39,032 nucleotides of DNA, from IMG/VR virus record IMGVR_UViG_649989948_000008, positions 1-39,032 of that record; one strand, given 5' to 3'. This DNA is from a virus. Its lineage: Duplodnaviria > Heunggongvirae > Uroviricota > Caudoviricetes. Numbering within the stretch: the stretch's first letter is position 1; each line of letters starts with the position of its first letter. The position numbers were made by a program, and so were the translations under genes. The notes beneath the pieces were generated by a model, which saw only the letters and a program-made list of their open reading frames with translations, had not been told where the DNA came from and did not search any database. Shown piece after piece: positions 1-8,775 of this stretch.

Positions 1-232
1 CGGAAAGAAAAACTTTATGTTCTTTGGCAGCGATCACGGCGGCGAGCGTGGAGCACTGTTGTACGGGCTGATCGGCACCTGCCGTCTGAACGGTATCGAT
101 CCGGAAGCGTATCTGCGCCATATCCTGAGCGTACTGCCGGAATGGCCTTCCAACCGAGTTGATGAACTCCTGCCATGGAACGTAGTACTCACCAATAAAT
201 AAGCGTCAATACGGTGCTCCGTTGACGCTTAC
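1..232 (+). mobile_element. IS66-family insertion sequence, right end (transposase 3' fragment plus terminal inverted repeat ending ...GTTGACGCTTAC at 232)
   Basis: Protein tail ...GGERGALLYGLIGTCRLNGIDPEAYLRHILSVLPEWPSNRVDELLPWN is typical of the IS66 TnpC C-terminus; the 30 bp after the stop contain an internal 9-bp inverted repeat and end with the reverse complement of GTAAGCG, as I recall for IS66 termini. Confidence 0.6.
2..202 (+). CDS. IS66-family transposase, C-terminal fragment (5' end lies outside the window)
   Basis: Open frame from window edge to TAA at 200-202; conserved IS66 TnpC C-terminal motif. Confidence 0.6.
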   Translation, partial: GKKNFMFFGSDHGGERGALLYGLIGTCRLNGIDPEAYLRHILSVLPEWPSNRVDELLPWNVVLTNK

Positions 233-1828
233 GAATTTGTCGCGATACTCACCTTTTTTAGTGACATCCATCGTCGACCACTCAGCAGTAATATTCCCGT
301 CAGACAACGTATTGAGATACTCGGCAGTGCGTGTATTCAGGAAAGGCGTAACAGACGTCAAAATATGAGAACGCACCCCGGCAGGAGAGTAGACCTGACG
401 AGCTTTTTCCAATAGCAACGTTTGTTCCTGAATAGCCTTCAGCTCATCTTTTAAGGACTTGAAGGTAGACTTACTGGATACCAGGTTATCTTCGTGTCTG
501 GCGATAAGAGCAATAAACGGATTAATCTCTTTTGATATACGATCGACCTCAGTACGAGCACGAGTCACAAGAGACTCAATAGCAACAACCTCCTTCTCAC
601 GATGACGCAAAGATGAGAGTTGTTTCGTAAGCTCTTCAATCCGGGCAATGATAGCCGTTACATCAGGTGTCGTTTTAACAAGGGCAGACTCAATGCTTAA
701 CGCTTTCTCAAGATTCGTTTTGTGTTTAGCCATTGCCTCTGCAAGTGTCTTCGCCTGACCAATTTCCTGACGTGCTTGTTCAATGAAATTCTCCTTCACC
801 GTTGATAGATCTTCTTCGCAGTAGGCTTTGCCACAAGTAGGGCATGGTGATCCCACTTTAGTACCAACCTCTTCTGCTTTGGTCTTAAAATTACGCGCGC
901 GGTTCATTGCATCAGCCTGACTATTTTCTGTAGCTTTGATGCTTGCCCGAATATCAGTTATCGCACCACGAACTTTGAGCAACTTGGCGTCATGTTCTTC
1001 TTTTGAGGCTAACTTTTTGCGCTCACTTTCGATTGCCTTCTCGGTATCACGGATCTGTTCGGGAAGAGTGCGGATCTCAAGTTCAACTTCCGTTAACTCA
1101 ACTTCGGCACTTGCCAGCCCAGCCAGGGCATCGTCATAACGTTTAGAACGCTCTTGTTCCCATGATTCAGAAGAGGCTTTCGCGGACTCAATTTCTGACT
1201 GTGTTGCCTCAATGGTCGAGATTGTCGACTCCAATTTGGTTTTAACCACGTCCATGCGTGCGGCAGCTGCGTTAGCTCGTTCACGAGCAATAGCGTAGGC
1301 GCGTGTCAGTCTGTCAACGCCAGCGGCTTCTTCTACGATGGTTTTGAGGTTTTTGTCGGACATTCCAGGTAAATCTGGCATAGCTTCTTGGCTCGCATAG
1401 ATGGAAGCCATGAAAACCTCTTTAGATGCACCGATCAGACGCTCGACGAACTCTTGCGTCAGCGCATCTTTGCCTTTCGTCATATCGCCGTCTTCACCAC
1501 GAACGATAAGCCGATTTTTGAACTCTTTGTGTTTACGGTGACGAATGATCGCATATCTTTTGCCTTCATCCTCGATGGTTACTGCAACACGACAGTTCTT
1601 TTCATGGTCGGTAGACAACACATCGTCACCCTTCACACCATGAGCTGTTTCGCCATAAAGACACCACATCAGGCTATTCATTAGCGTTGACTTTCCAGAG
1701 CCATTACTTGATGCGGAACTATCATCACTATTAACACCCTGAATGAGCACTAAACCACGCTGATCTAACTCGACCTCCGCGCTGGCGATAGCCATAAAAT
1801 TCTCAACCTGGAGCTTTAAAAACTTCAT
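206..1828 (-). CDS. sbcC: SbcC/Rad50-like SMC ATPase, apparently C-terminally truncated by the IS66 end
   Basis: N-terminal Walker A (NGSGKSTLMNSL), long coiled-coil, central zinc hook CPTCG at residues ~329-333, second coiled-coil; the C-terminal ATPase lobe (signature motif, Walker B) is absent and the last 9 codons fall within the IS terminal sequence. ATG at 1828 preceded by AAGGTG. Confidence 0.65.
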   Translation of the reverse strand: MKFLKLQVENFMAIASAEVELDQRGLVLIQGVNSDDSSASSNGSGKSTLMNSLMWCLYGETAHGVKGDDVLSTDHEKNCRVAVTIEDEGKRYAIIRHRKHKEFKNRLIVRGEDGDMTKGKDALTQEFVERLIGASKEVFMASIYASQEAMPDLPGMSDKNLKTIVEEAAGVDRLTRAYAIARERANAAAARMDVVKTKLESTISTIEATQSEIESAKASSESWEQERSKRYDDALAGLASAEVELTEVELEIRTLPEQIRDTEKAIESERKKLASKEEHDAKLLKVRGAITDIRASIKATENSQADAMNRARNFKTKAEEVGTKVGSPCPTCGKAYCEEDLSTVKENFIEQARQEIGQAKTLAEAMAKHKTNLEKALSIESALVKTTPDVTAIIARIEELTKQLSSLRHREKEVVAIESLVTRARTEVDRISKEINPFIALIARHEDNLVSSKSTFKSLKDELKAIQEQTLLLEKARQVYSPAGVRSHILTSVTPFLNTRTAEYLNTLSDGNITAEWSTMDVTKKGEYRDKFVSVNGAPY

Positions 1829-2057
1829 ATAACACCTTTGATACCGTGTGTTAGCTTTTGACCTTCTTTCAATCTGAACTCCGTATGCGCCGGGAAGGAT
1901 CTGCGCCTCAATACGCCTTTTCTGGTTAACCTTCCAAGATAAAACGCTACGGGATTTCCTTGTGGCGGGTAGGGCTTGTGAAACATCACCGTCTGGCCTC
2001 GTTCAAGTCTTTTCATCGTGATGGCAAAGTCTCGAAAGCTCCCATAACGACTTTGCC

Positions 2058-3143
2058 TCACACAGCCTCCGAACTCTCCGCTTCGGTGAGGATTTCCTGA
2101 CACAAAATATCCAACTTGCTCAGATCAAATCCGCCGTCAGTATCGTGGACAATCTTGCAATAAGCAGATACCGACTCTCCCAGGCTATCGATTTTGCTGG
2201 TTTCCGTTGTGCTTGCTGTCCCTTCCATCATTGATGACTTACGGATGAAGTTGCACACGACACCTTTTGCACCCATTGTTTTGAGGATGTTCTGGTACTT
2301 AATGCCTTCTTCATCGTTCTCAATTACGGCGCGGAAACGCACGTAGTTGCCGCGAATTTGGTCATCGGCAACATAATCTTCCAGGTTAATGAATTTAGGC
2401 GCACTGGTTTCGTAGTGACTGAAACTGCCGTCCGGGTTTACGATCATGTAACCAGCCAGAGATCCAACATCTCCCCAATTTTGATGGGTCAGCGCACCGA
2501 CACTGATAACTCCAGGAATGACCTCTTTGTGGTTGTGGTAATGCCCACTAAGCACGAGACGAAAGCCGATATCCTTTAACTCCTGCGCATCGATACCGAC
2601 GTCAGGCATTGTTGGAATGGCTTTGTTAATGGATGTATGGATAACAACGTCATGATTATCACCTTCTACGCTCTTACGTAATGCTTTCAGATCGCTGATA
2701 AGCTCCGCATGATTGTTACGCCAGCTAATCAGGTGGACAGTCACATCACCAATTTTTATTGAGTGTGGGCGTTTGCCACATACGATTACCACGCCGATAG
2801 AACTCAGCGATGCTGCTGCGTTGGCGCTATATACTGAATCGTTGGTTTCAAGATCGTGATTACCGGCCAGCATTACTACTGTCAGATCAAGCTCGTTGAT
2901 AATCCACTTGTACGTTTCAGTTACGTAATGCAAAACAGAAGGGGACACAGTTCCTCGGACGTGAAATGTATCACCGGCAACCAACATGTACTTACAACCG
3001 GCCTTCTTCATGGCGATGGCTGCTTCTTTCGTTGCTTCCAACTGTATTTCAAGTCTGGAGTTAAGCCCCTCTGCGTTCGTCGTGGAGAACGCATCCCATT
3101 TGTGGTAGTGGCAGTCAGAAATGACGCCGTATGGCAAAGTCAT
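2058..3143 (-). CDS. sbcD: SbcD/Mre11-like calcineurin-type phosphoesterase (nuclease)
   Basis: Metallophosphoesterase motifs: D-x-H near N-terminus (SDCHYH), GDTFH, GNHD, GHYH. ATG at 3143 in the conserved start context. Confidence 0.7.
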   Translation of the reverse strand: MTLPYGVISDCHYHKWDAFSTTNAEGLNSRLEIQLEATKEAAIAMKKAGCKYMLVAGDTFHVRGTVSPSVLHYVTETYKWIINELDLTVVMLAGNHDLETNDSVYSANAAASLSSIGVVIVCGKRPHSIKIGDVTVHLISWRNNHAELISDLKALRKSVEGDNHDVVIHTSINKAIPTMPDVGIDAQELKDIGFRLVLSGHYHNHKEVIPGVISVGALTHQNWGDVGSLAGYMIVNPDGSFSHYETSAPKFINLEDYVADDQIRGNYVRFRAVIENDEEGIKYQNILKTMGAKGVVCNFIRKSSMMEGTASTTETSKIDSLGESVSAYCKIVHDTDGGFDLSKLDILCQEILTEAESSEAV

Positions 3144-3407
3144 GTGTTTTTCCTTTGTGGTTATTTTGATACAAATTTTAAGAGCAATGAGAAGGTAAAC
3201 AACTATGCATAACGGTATGTTAGGAATGAAACGAGCATCTTAATATACAAAATTTATAAGTAAGTATATACCTATTTATCGTGGCGCAACTTTGCTTGTC
3301 TGTATGACTAAAAATAAGACAGGATCACTGTAGAACGCTATGAGAGCTATTTTGAGGAGGCGTAGATTCTATCTACGCCTATATACGATCTGGAGGGTTA
3401 CAGCGCG

Positions 3408-4043
3408 TCAGTGGGCTTTTTTACGCGCTGCGTTTATGCTTATGACGCCAGCTTTTGGACGTGGGTCAACAAGGTTAAGCTCTTCTTCGCTGTGGTATTC
3501 GAGGTCGAACTCACGTTTTACATGTCTGATGTAGATTGCGGTGAGCAGGCTATCTTTGGTCAGAAAGTGTCCGTAGGATTTGCGGATCACTTCTTCTACC
3601 TTCTCGATTTTCTCACCACCCATACAGAGATGATTAAACCGGCTGTGTTTCCGCAACATTTCGTCTACTGGGCCTGAGTAAACCTTGTCTACTTTCCCAA
3701 AACGGATGATTTTCCCTGTGTCTGCGGATACGAGGCAAATCAGCTTGTCTGGTGATAAACGATCTCGCCACGTCACACCTGAACGGAGTGTGTTGAAGTA
3801 GGGAGCATCCAATCCGATGATCGGTTTACGAAATGCGAGTAATGGAACGTACCTGATGCAACTGTTTAAATGAAAATTCACACCAGCCTTATCAAGTTTA
3901 ATTCTGGTTTCGTAGATCGGGCACTTCGCCGCTATACCGCAGATGTCACAAAGCAACTTCTGCTTATTCAGGTTGGAATTTGATTCGATAGTGTAGGAGC
4001 CGTCTTCAAGACGACGAACCCAGCGCGTGCGTTTTAGATCCAT
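3408..4043 (-). CDS. hypothetical Cys-containing protein next to the replication origin
   Basis: 211-aa ORF with ATG start; Cys cluster CDICGIAAKC; no family recognised by eye. Confidence 0.4.
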   Translation of the reverse strand: MDLKRTRWVRRLEDGSYTIESNSNLNKQKLLCDICGIAAKCPIYETRIKLDKAGVNFHLNSCIRYVPLLAFRKPIIGLDAPYFNTLRSGVTWRDRLSPDKLICLVSADTGKIIRFGKVDKVYSGPVDEMLRKHSRFNHLCMGGEKIEKVEEVIRKSYGHFLTKDSLLTAIYIRHVKREFDLEYHSEEELNLVDPRPKAGVISINAARKKAH

Positions 4044-4121
4044 ATGTCATTTTTCTGTGATTGTTAGCCGAGGCAACGATAACCCACCAGGTGCGCCGAA
4101 GGTAGTAAATGCCTGTTTTAA

Positions 4122-4138
4122 TTATTCACATATCCACA
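4122..4138 (+). promoter_or_regulatory. tandem DnaA boxes (TTATTCACA and ATATCCACA)
   Basis: First 9-mer matches the TTATNCACA consensus exactly, the second with one mismatch; located just upstream of the GATC cluster and iterons. Confidence 0.55.
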
Positions 4139-4143
4139 GGATA

Positions 4144-4202
4144 GATCCTAATAAAGAGATCCATAGATAGATCCTTATATAGATCAAATAAGATCCCCGA
4201 TC
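4144..4202 (+). promoter_or_regulatory. cluster of six GATC (Dam) sites in short AGATCC-type repeats; origin-like
   Basis: GATC at 4144, 4158, 4170, 4182, 4192 and 4199 within 59 bp; same arrangement as the P1 oriR methylation-dependent repeats. Confidence 0.55.
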
Positions 4203-4242
4203 GCTGTAAGCCGCGCCACGACTGGTCTGAAGTCATGTTCAT

Positions 4243-4344
4243 GTATGCTGTCAGCGGTAATTGATAGTCTGTCAGCGGTTCACCGTATGCTGCCAACTGT
4301 TTTTGGTATTCTGTCAGCGGCAAATCAAGTATGCTGTCAGCGGT
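4243..4344 (+). repeat. upstream iteron array (about 5 copies of TATGCTGTCAGCGGT-like repeats), incC/origin-like
   Basis: Copies at 4243-4258, 4265-4279, 4284-4300 (degenerate), 4305-4321 and 4328-4344, immediately 5' of repA. Confidence 0.7.
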
Positions 4345-4364
4345 TGAATGACAAAGGTGTCCAC

Positions 4365-5459
4365 ATGTCCACAAAAAATAAAAAAGGTAAAAATAACAAA
4401 GAAGTAGAAGATAACATCGACAACTTTGAAGAAGGTTCCCTTGAATTGTACACAGGGGAACTTGTCCCTAATAGCAACAATACAGTCCAACCAATTGCGT
4501 TGATGCGACTGGGGTTGTTCGTCCCCACGCTTAAGGGAACAAAATACAGTAAACGTAACAAGCCAAATGAGATCGATGCTTCAAAGGAGCTTGTCCAGCT
4601 CGAAGTAGCCCGTTCTGAAGGCTATTCCGATATCAAGATAACCGGTCCTCGTCTCGACATGGATCATGATTTCAAAACGTGGGTGGGCGTTGTGCGTTCG
4701 CTGGCAGAATACGGCGAACCTAACGGTCGTGTCGAGTTAAGCATCACGAAATTTGCTAAGTTTTGTGGCTATCCATCGTCACAGATCCGCAAAACACTCC
4801 GCGACCGGCTTACAAACAGTCTTTTGAAGATCATGCGTACAACTCTGTCTTTCCAGAGAACGTATGAAGAAAAGAACGTCGACGGCTCTAACAAGATCTC
4901 GCTTCTGATGGTGCACCTCATCAATAGCGTGGACTACAACGAGCAGAAAGATACGGTGGTGTTCTATGCAGAACCGAAGCTGGCCGAACTATATCGCTTT
5001 GACCATAAGGTTCTTTTGCAGTTAAAGGTTATCAATAAGCTACCACGCAAAGAAACAGCACAGGCTCTGTACACCTTCATCGAAAGTCTTCCAACCAAGC
5101 CTGCGCCGGTATCGCTTGCTCGATTGCGTGCGCGACTCAATTTGAGTAGCAGAAATGTCAGCTCGCAGAATCAGACTATACGTAACGGCTTAAAAGCTCT
5201 CCAAGATTTGGGCTATCTCGAATACAGCGAGATTAAGCGTGGGCGGTCGATCTATATCCAGATTCACAGCCGCAATCCAAAACTCAAAGTCGCACCGCCA
5301 AAACCTGAAGACATCGAACCCAAAAAACCAGATGAGAAAGCTGGGGAAATTGATGCCAAACAGAACATTATCAACAAGATAACCGAACTTTCGCAGAATT
5401 TGACGCCTGAAAATATCAAGATGATTGAGATCCTTTCCAATAGTCTCAAACTGCTTTGA
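4365..5459 (+). CDS. repA: iteron-binding replication initiator RepA (P1/RepFIB-like)
   Basis: 364-aa ORF flanked on both sides by iteron arrays; start chosen at the ATG at 4365 because the upstream in-frame part of the track ORF runs through the iterons. Family assignment rests on architecture and recollection. Confidence 0.65.
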   Translation: MSTKNKKGKNNKEVEDNIDNFEEGSLELYTGELVPNSNNTVQPIALMRLGLFVPTLKGTKYSKRNKPNEIDASKELVQLEVARSEGYSDIKITGPRLDMDHDFKTWVGVVRSLAEYGEPNGRVELSITKFAKFCGYPSSQIRKTLRDRLTNSLLKIMRTTLSFQRTYEEKNVDGSNKISLLMVHLINSVDYNEQKDTVVFYAEPKLAELYRFDHKVLLQLKVINKLPRKETAQALYTFIESLPTKPAPVSLARLRARLNLSSRNVSSQNQTIRNGLKALQDLGYLEYSEIKRGRSIYIQIHSRNPKLKVAPPKPEDIEPKKPDEKAGEIDAKQNIINKITELSQNLTPENIKMIEILSNSLKLL

Positions 5460-5576
5460 TATGCTGTCAGCGGTGAAATGTATGCTATCAGCGGCTATTT
5501 TTCTGAAAAGTATGCTGTGAACGGTTAAAGATATGCTACCAGCGGTATAGTGAGATGAACGTATGCTGTGAGCGGT
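5460..5576 (+). repeat. downstream iteron block 1 (5 copies), incA-like
   Basis: TATGCT(G/A)(T/C)(C/G)A(G/A)CGG(T/C) copies at 5460, 5481, 5511, 5533 and 5561. Confidence 0.7.
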
Positions 5577-5736
5577 AAATCATCTATCACCACTCAATGC
5601 TCTGTCATACCTCCCCAGTGGTTACTAACCTCGAAGAGTGCATTCCATATAGGTTTGCGCTCACTAACATTCTATTGCTATTGCGCTGATTGCTTGTAGT
5701 GAAAGGCATTTATTGCCTGCTACTCCCTGATAGAAC

Positions 5737-5991
5737 GTATGCTGTCAGCGGTGTTTTATTGAGGAATTTTTGTTTGGATATGCTATCAGCGGTAATTAAT
5801 GGTATATGTCAGACATTCGTATGCTGCCAGCGGTAATTTTGTTCTGGTTATACCCATACCGGGACACATTATTCATGCAATTTCTTAAGTATGCTGTCAG
5901 CGGTAAAAAATCGAGTAAAGTATGCTGTGAGCGGTGAGATAGACTCTCGATATGCTATCAGCGGTAGTTGATTGTGTATGCTGTCAGCGGT
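5737..5991 (+). repeat. downstream iteron block 2 (7 copies), incA-like
   Basis: Copies starting at 5737, 5779, 5819, 5889, 5920, 5951 and 5976; separated from block 1 by a 160-bp spacer. Confidence 0.7.
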
Positions 5992-6008
5992 GACGACTAT
6001 GAAATATG

Positions 6009-6030
6009 ACTGCGGAACGTGCCGCAGTCA
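6009..6030 (-). terminator. hairpin GACTGCGG-n6-CCGCAGTC just 3' of the 70-aa gene (weak U-tract)
   Basis: 8-bp perfect stem; the following T-run on the minus strand is poor. Confidence 0.3.
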
Positions 6031-6038
6031 GTTTGCAT

Positions 6039-6251
6039 TTAGTGTATTTTCTTTAACAGACCCCAAAGTGTTCCGGCTTTTGTAGTCAGTTTTCCTGTTT
6101 CTGGATCGTACATACGCCATTCACGCCGCTGGTGGACGATATACCCATCTTCACGTTCCAGACGCTCAAGAATGCCAGGCTGCTTGAAACCCTTAGCACG
6201 CCAGTAGCCGCTTGTTTTCTCGATTTCCAGACCTGCCAGTGTTAATGCCAT
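6039..6251 (-). CDS. hypothetical protein (70 aa)
   Basis: ATG start sharing one nucleotide with the stop of the upstream gene (TAATG). Confidence 0.4.
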   Translation of the reverse strand: MALTLAGLEIEKTSGYWRAKGFKQPGILERLEREDGYIVHQRREWRMYDPETGKLTTKAGTLWGLLKKIH

Positions 6252-6586
6252 TACCCAACCTCCTTGCAGTCATCGAAAAGGTAGCTTTGCTGAGAAGCGT
6301 GAACGCCATAGAAGCCCTTGTATTTGTTGTATACGAAGTGGTCTTCTCCGACGCCGGTTAATTTGCCATTACGATTTGTGAGATATGGGGATGACAACAC
6401 TCGATCGTCACGCACAACATAGAACTGGTCGCCGCTGTCTACGACCATCGCTCCATATGGTGCTTTTATGACGTCGGTAAGAGTGCCATTCTTAACGTCG
6501 GCTACAGACATTTCACACTGATAAACAGTGGTGTCGGCCACAACGATCGAAGAAAGAAACAACAGCGCGAATGGGATGGTCTTCAT
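6251..6586 (-). CDS. hypothetical secreted protein with N-terminal signal peptide
   Basis: MKTIPFALLFLSSIVVA signal-like N-terminus; RBS GAGGTGG upstream of the ATG. Confidence 0.5.
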   Translation of the reverse strand: MKTIPFALLFLSSIVVADTTVYQCEMSVADVKNGTLTDVIKAPYGAMVVDSGDQFYVVRDDRVLSSPYLTNRNGKLTGVGEDHFVYNKYKGFYGVHASQQSYLFDDCKEVG

Positions 6587-6762
6587 GCTGCCACCTCTTT
6601 GATTACATCAAATGCTGAATTAAATACGAGCACGATAGCCAAAGCGTTTATGACTACGTCGTGCACCGGGGAAAAGACTTTACGAATGACACCAGTGAAA
6701 ATGCAGTCGATGACAAAAGCTATTGAAACGATGAGTAACAAGTATTCAATAAAAATCTTCAT
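6583..6762 (-). CDS. small hydrophobic membrane protein (59 aa, below the ORF-track cutoff)
   Basis: Hand-translated MKIFIEYLLLIVSIAFVIDCIFTG...; stop overlaps the next start (ATGA). Confidence 0.35.
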   Translation of the reverse strand: MKIFIEYLLLIVSIAFVIDCIFTGVIRKVFSPVHDVVINALAIVLVFNSAFDVIKEVAA

Positions 6763-6875
6763 GATAGGTAGATACTAACTTATATAAACTTTACTGTAAA
6801 CTCACTCAAAAGTGCTGATGCTTAAAATACGCTCAAGATGTTCAGCATCTTCATTACTGATTTGTTGAGTCTCTT

Positions 6876-7076
6876 CTACGTCCAACAGTTGCCGTTATGC
6901 CAACAAACACCATCATCATCAACCATCACTGAATCAGCGTCATGACCTGTATATTCAACAAGAGTACGCTGGATCAGCGCGTCAGTTTCTTCATCGTTAA
7001 GGCCATCGACTTTGACCATAAAAAGCGGAAACACGTCATAGACAGTGCTGGTAACGATTCGAACTAAAACTCTCAT
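6876..7076 (-). CDS. hypothetical protein (66 aa)
   Basis: ATG at 7076 in the conserved CACAAAGGAAAAACACATG-type start context. Confidence 0.4.
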   Translation of the reverse strand: MRVLVRIVTSTVYDVFPLFMVKVDGLNDEETDALIQRTLVEYTGHDADSVMVDDDGVCWHNGNCWT

Positions 7077-7131
7077 GTGTTTTTCCTTTTTTGGTTAGTG
7101 TTTACTTATTTTGTTAGTTATGAATAGGCGA

Positions 7132-7557
7132 TCAATCTTCTTGGTTAGGGAAAAACTGTTCAATAACTCTGTCAACGGCTGTGTCTATATGGAGTAGATG
7201 CCACACAACCATATCTTTGCTTCCCATGCCTTGTGTGAATATCACGTCATACTTACGCCATGCGCAGTGGAACCAATATGCTGAGTCATCAATTGGTAAA
7301 TCCTCTCCCGCCTCTTTGAAGTATTTCAGCAGCATTGCCTGCTCTGCCGTTGGCGTTGGACCTATTTCCTGAGCGTACATACGGATGAATCGCTGCCAGT
7401 CTGTCTCGTCGGGGGTTGGATCTGGTGGGGTCATTTCTGCGATAGCGTTTCGTAGCTGATGCGCCCAATCAGGTTCAGGAAAGCCTTTTGCTACTTCATC
7501 ATCAATAACATCCAGAGCCACGTTTGCGGCATCGTAGAGTTTCTTAATAACTGTCAT
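7132..7557 (-). CDS. hypothetical protein (141 aa)
   Basis: ATG start preceded by the AAACAAATTGTTTTCTTA motif. Confidence 0.5.
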   Translation of the reverse strand: MTVIKKLYDAANVALDVIDDEVAKGFPEPDWAHQLRNAIAEMTPPDPTPDETDWQRFIRMYAQEIGPTPTAEQAMLLKYFKEAGEDLPIDDSAYWFHCAWRKYDVIFTQGMGSKDMVVWHLLHIDTAVDRVIEQFFPNQED

Positions 7558-7606
7558 GTTTTCTTATCCTTTTAAACAAATTGTTTTCTTAATAAGATAA
7601 TTTCGA

Positions 7607-7632
7607 TAAAAAAGGCGTCCAACTGGACGCCT
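7607..7632 (-). terminator. rho-independent terminator after the SPFH gene
   Basis: Stem AGGCGTCC/GGACGCCT with a 4-nt loop, followed by a T-run on the minus strand. Confidence 0.6.
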
Positions 7633-7648
7633 GAACTTTTTAGGGGAG

Positions 7649-8479
7649 TTATTTCACTGTAATGAAAGGAGTGTTAGCCCCTTGAGTCATGTACTGCGGT
7701 AACTGGCCATTCCATTTATTGATGGCTTCCAGTTCCATAACGTTCGGGTTTTGACGCAGAGCTTCACCGCGCAGACGAATGGCGTCTGCTTCTGCTTGCG
7801 CACGAGCACGGATAGCATCAGCTTCACCATTAGCCTGTTCACGTAGCATATTCGCCTCAGCTTTACGTTGTTCAACTTCCTGCTGACGTTGCAGAGTACG
7901 CTGGTTAGCCGTTACTTTGGCGTTGATAGATTCAATGACGGTTTTTGGGTAATCAGGCTTTCCAACCCATGACAGGCTCAGTACCTCAATACCAACCGGA
8001 GACATCTCTTTCTGAATGTCTTTCAGTGCGTTGTCCAGCAATTGCGCCTTACCACCGTCGATAAATGAGTCAGTGGTCATACGGCTGGCCAAACGGTTTA
8101 GAGAGTCGGCAATTTTCTGACGCAGATCTGATTCGGTGATATCGTCTACGCCTTTGCGATAGGTCTGGAACACCGTCGTTACCTTGTCACGATTAACCAG
8201 ATACGCAACGCCAATTTTGTGACCAATAGCAGTACCGTCACTCATCTGGAATGTGAACGGTTCGTCGTAGGTCTTCATTTGTTTGAAGGTCGGGAATACG
8301 TAAAGTTCGGTGTTAAGACCTGTCCATTGGCGACCAACGCCAACCACTTCACCGATCCCTTTGTCTTCACCTAATTTGTTTACTTTGATGCCAACGTATC
8401 CAGGCTCCACGCGATCACAGCCAGTAAGACCCATTGTGCAAATAGCCGCCAGAGCAACTGCAAGTAAACCTTTCTTCAT
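7649..8479 (-). CDS. SPFH/band-7 (prohibitin/flotillin-like) domain lipoprotein
   Basis: Signal peptide with lipobox LTGC; C-terminal Ala/Glu/Arg-rich helix QRKAEANMLREQANGEADAIRARAQAEADAIRLRGEA typical of band-7 proteins. Confidence 0.65.
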   Translation of the reverse strand: MKKGLLAVALAAICTMGLTGCDRVEPGYVGIKVNKLGEDKGIGEVVGVGRQWTGLNTELYVFPTFKQMKTYDEPFTFQMSDGTAIGHKIGVAYLVNRDKVTTVFQTYRKGVDDITESDLRQKIADSLNRLASRMTTDSFIDGGKAQLLDNALKDIQKEMSPVGIEVLSLSWVGKPDYPKTVIESINAKVTANQRTLQRQQEVEQRKAEANMLREQANGEADAIRARAQAEADAIRLRGEALRQNPNVMELEAINKWNGQLPQYMTQGANTPFITVK

Positions 8480-8482
8480 TAC

Positions 8483-8683
8483 TTATTTCCCCTTTGCTTT
8501 GATTAATGAGTTGATAAACTTACGACCAGCAATAAGACCGATTACAGGAGCACCAAAACCAACGATAACTCCAAACATGACGGCTAAATCACTCTTGGTA
8601 GAAATCAGCGACGGAACCAGTAAACCGTAGATGAGAGCCACTGAAACGCCTGTGGCTACTGCCAATAGATAGATTTTGATCAT
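8483..8683 (-). CDS. small two-helix membrane protein, possible partner of the SPFH protein
   Basis: 66 aa, two hydrophobic segments; 3-bp gap to the SPFH gene; conserved start context. Confidence 0.45.
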   Translation of the reverse strand: MIKIYLLAVATGVSVALIYGLLVPSLISTKSDLAVMFGVIVGFGAPVIGLIAGRKFINSLIKAKGK

Positions 8684-8746
8684 GTGTTTTCCTATGTGGT
8701 TGTTATGCGAAAATAATAAGTAAGTACTTATATATTTTCAAGAGAT

Positions 8747-8772
8747 AAAAAAGGCGTCCTGTGGACGCCTTG
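8747..8772 (-). terminator. rho-independent terminator after the RecA-like gene
   Basis: Stem AAGGCGTCC/GGACGCCTT followed by a T-run on the minus strand. Confidence 0.6.
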
Positions 8773-8775
8773 TGT

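Noticed and set aside
1825-2103. 92-aa minus-strand ORF between the sbcD-like and sbcC-like genes
   Set aside because: It overlaps both neighbouring genes out of frame and has a highly basic, Arg/Gly-rich composition; kept only as a note about the unusual gap.
4126-4374. 82-aa minus-strand ORF across the origin region
   Set aside because: It runs through the DnaA boxes, GATC cluster and iterons; it is almost certainly a chance ORF in regulatory DNA.
4243-5991. Possible CRISPR array suggested by the many short direct repeats
   Set aside because: Repeats are 15-16 bp, irregularly spaced, partly degenerate, and flank a rep gene on both sides; this is an iteron arrangement, not repeat-spacer architecture, and no cas genes are present.
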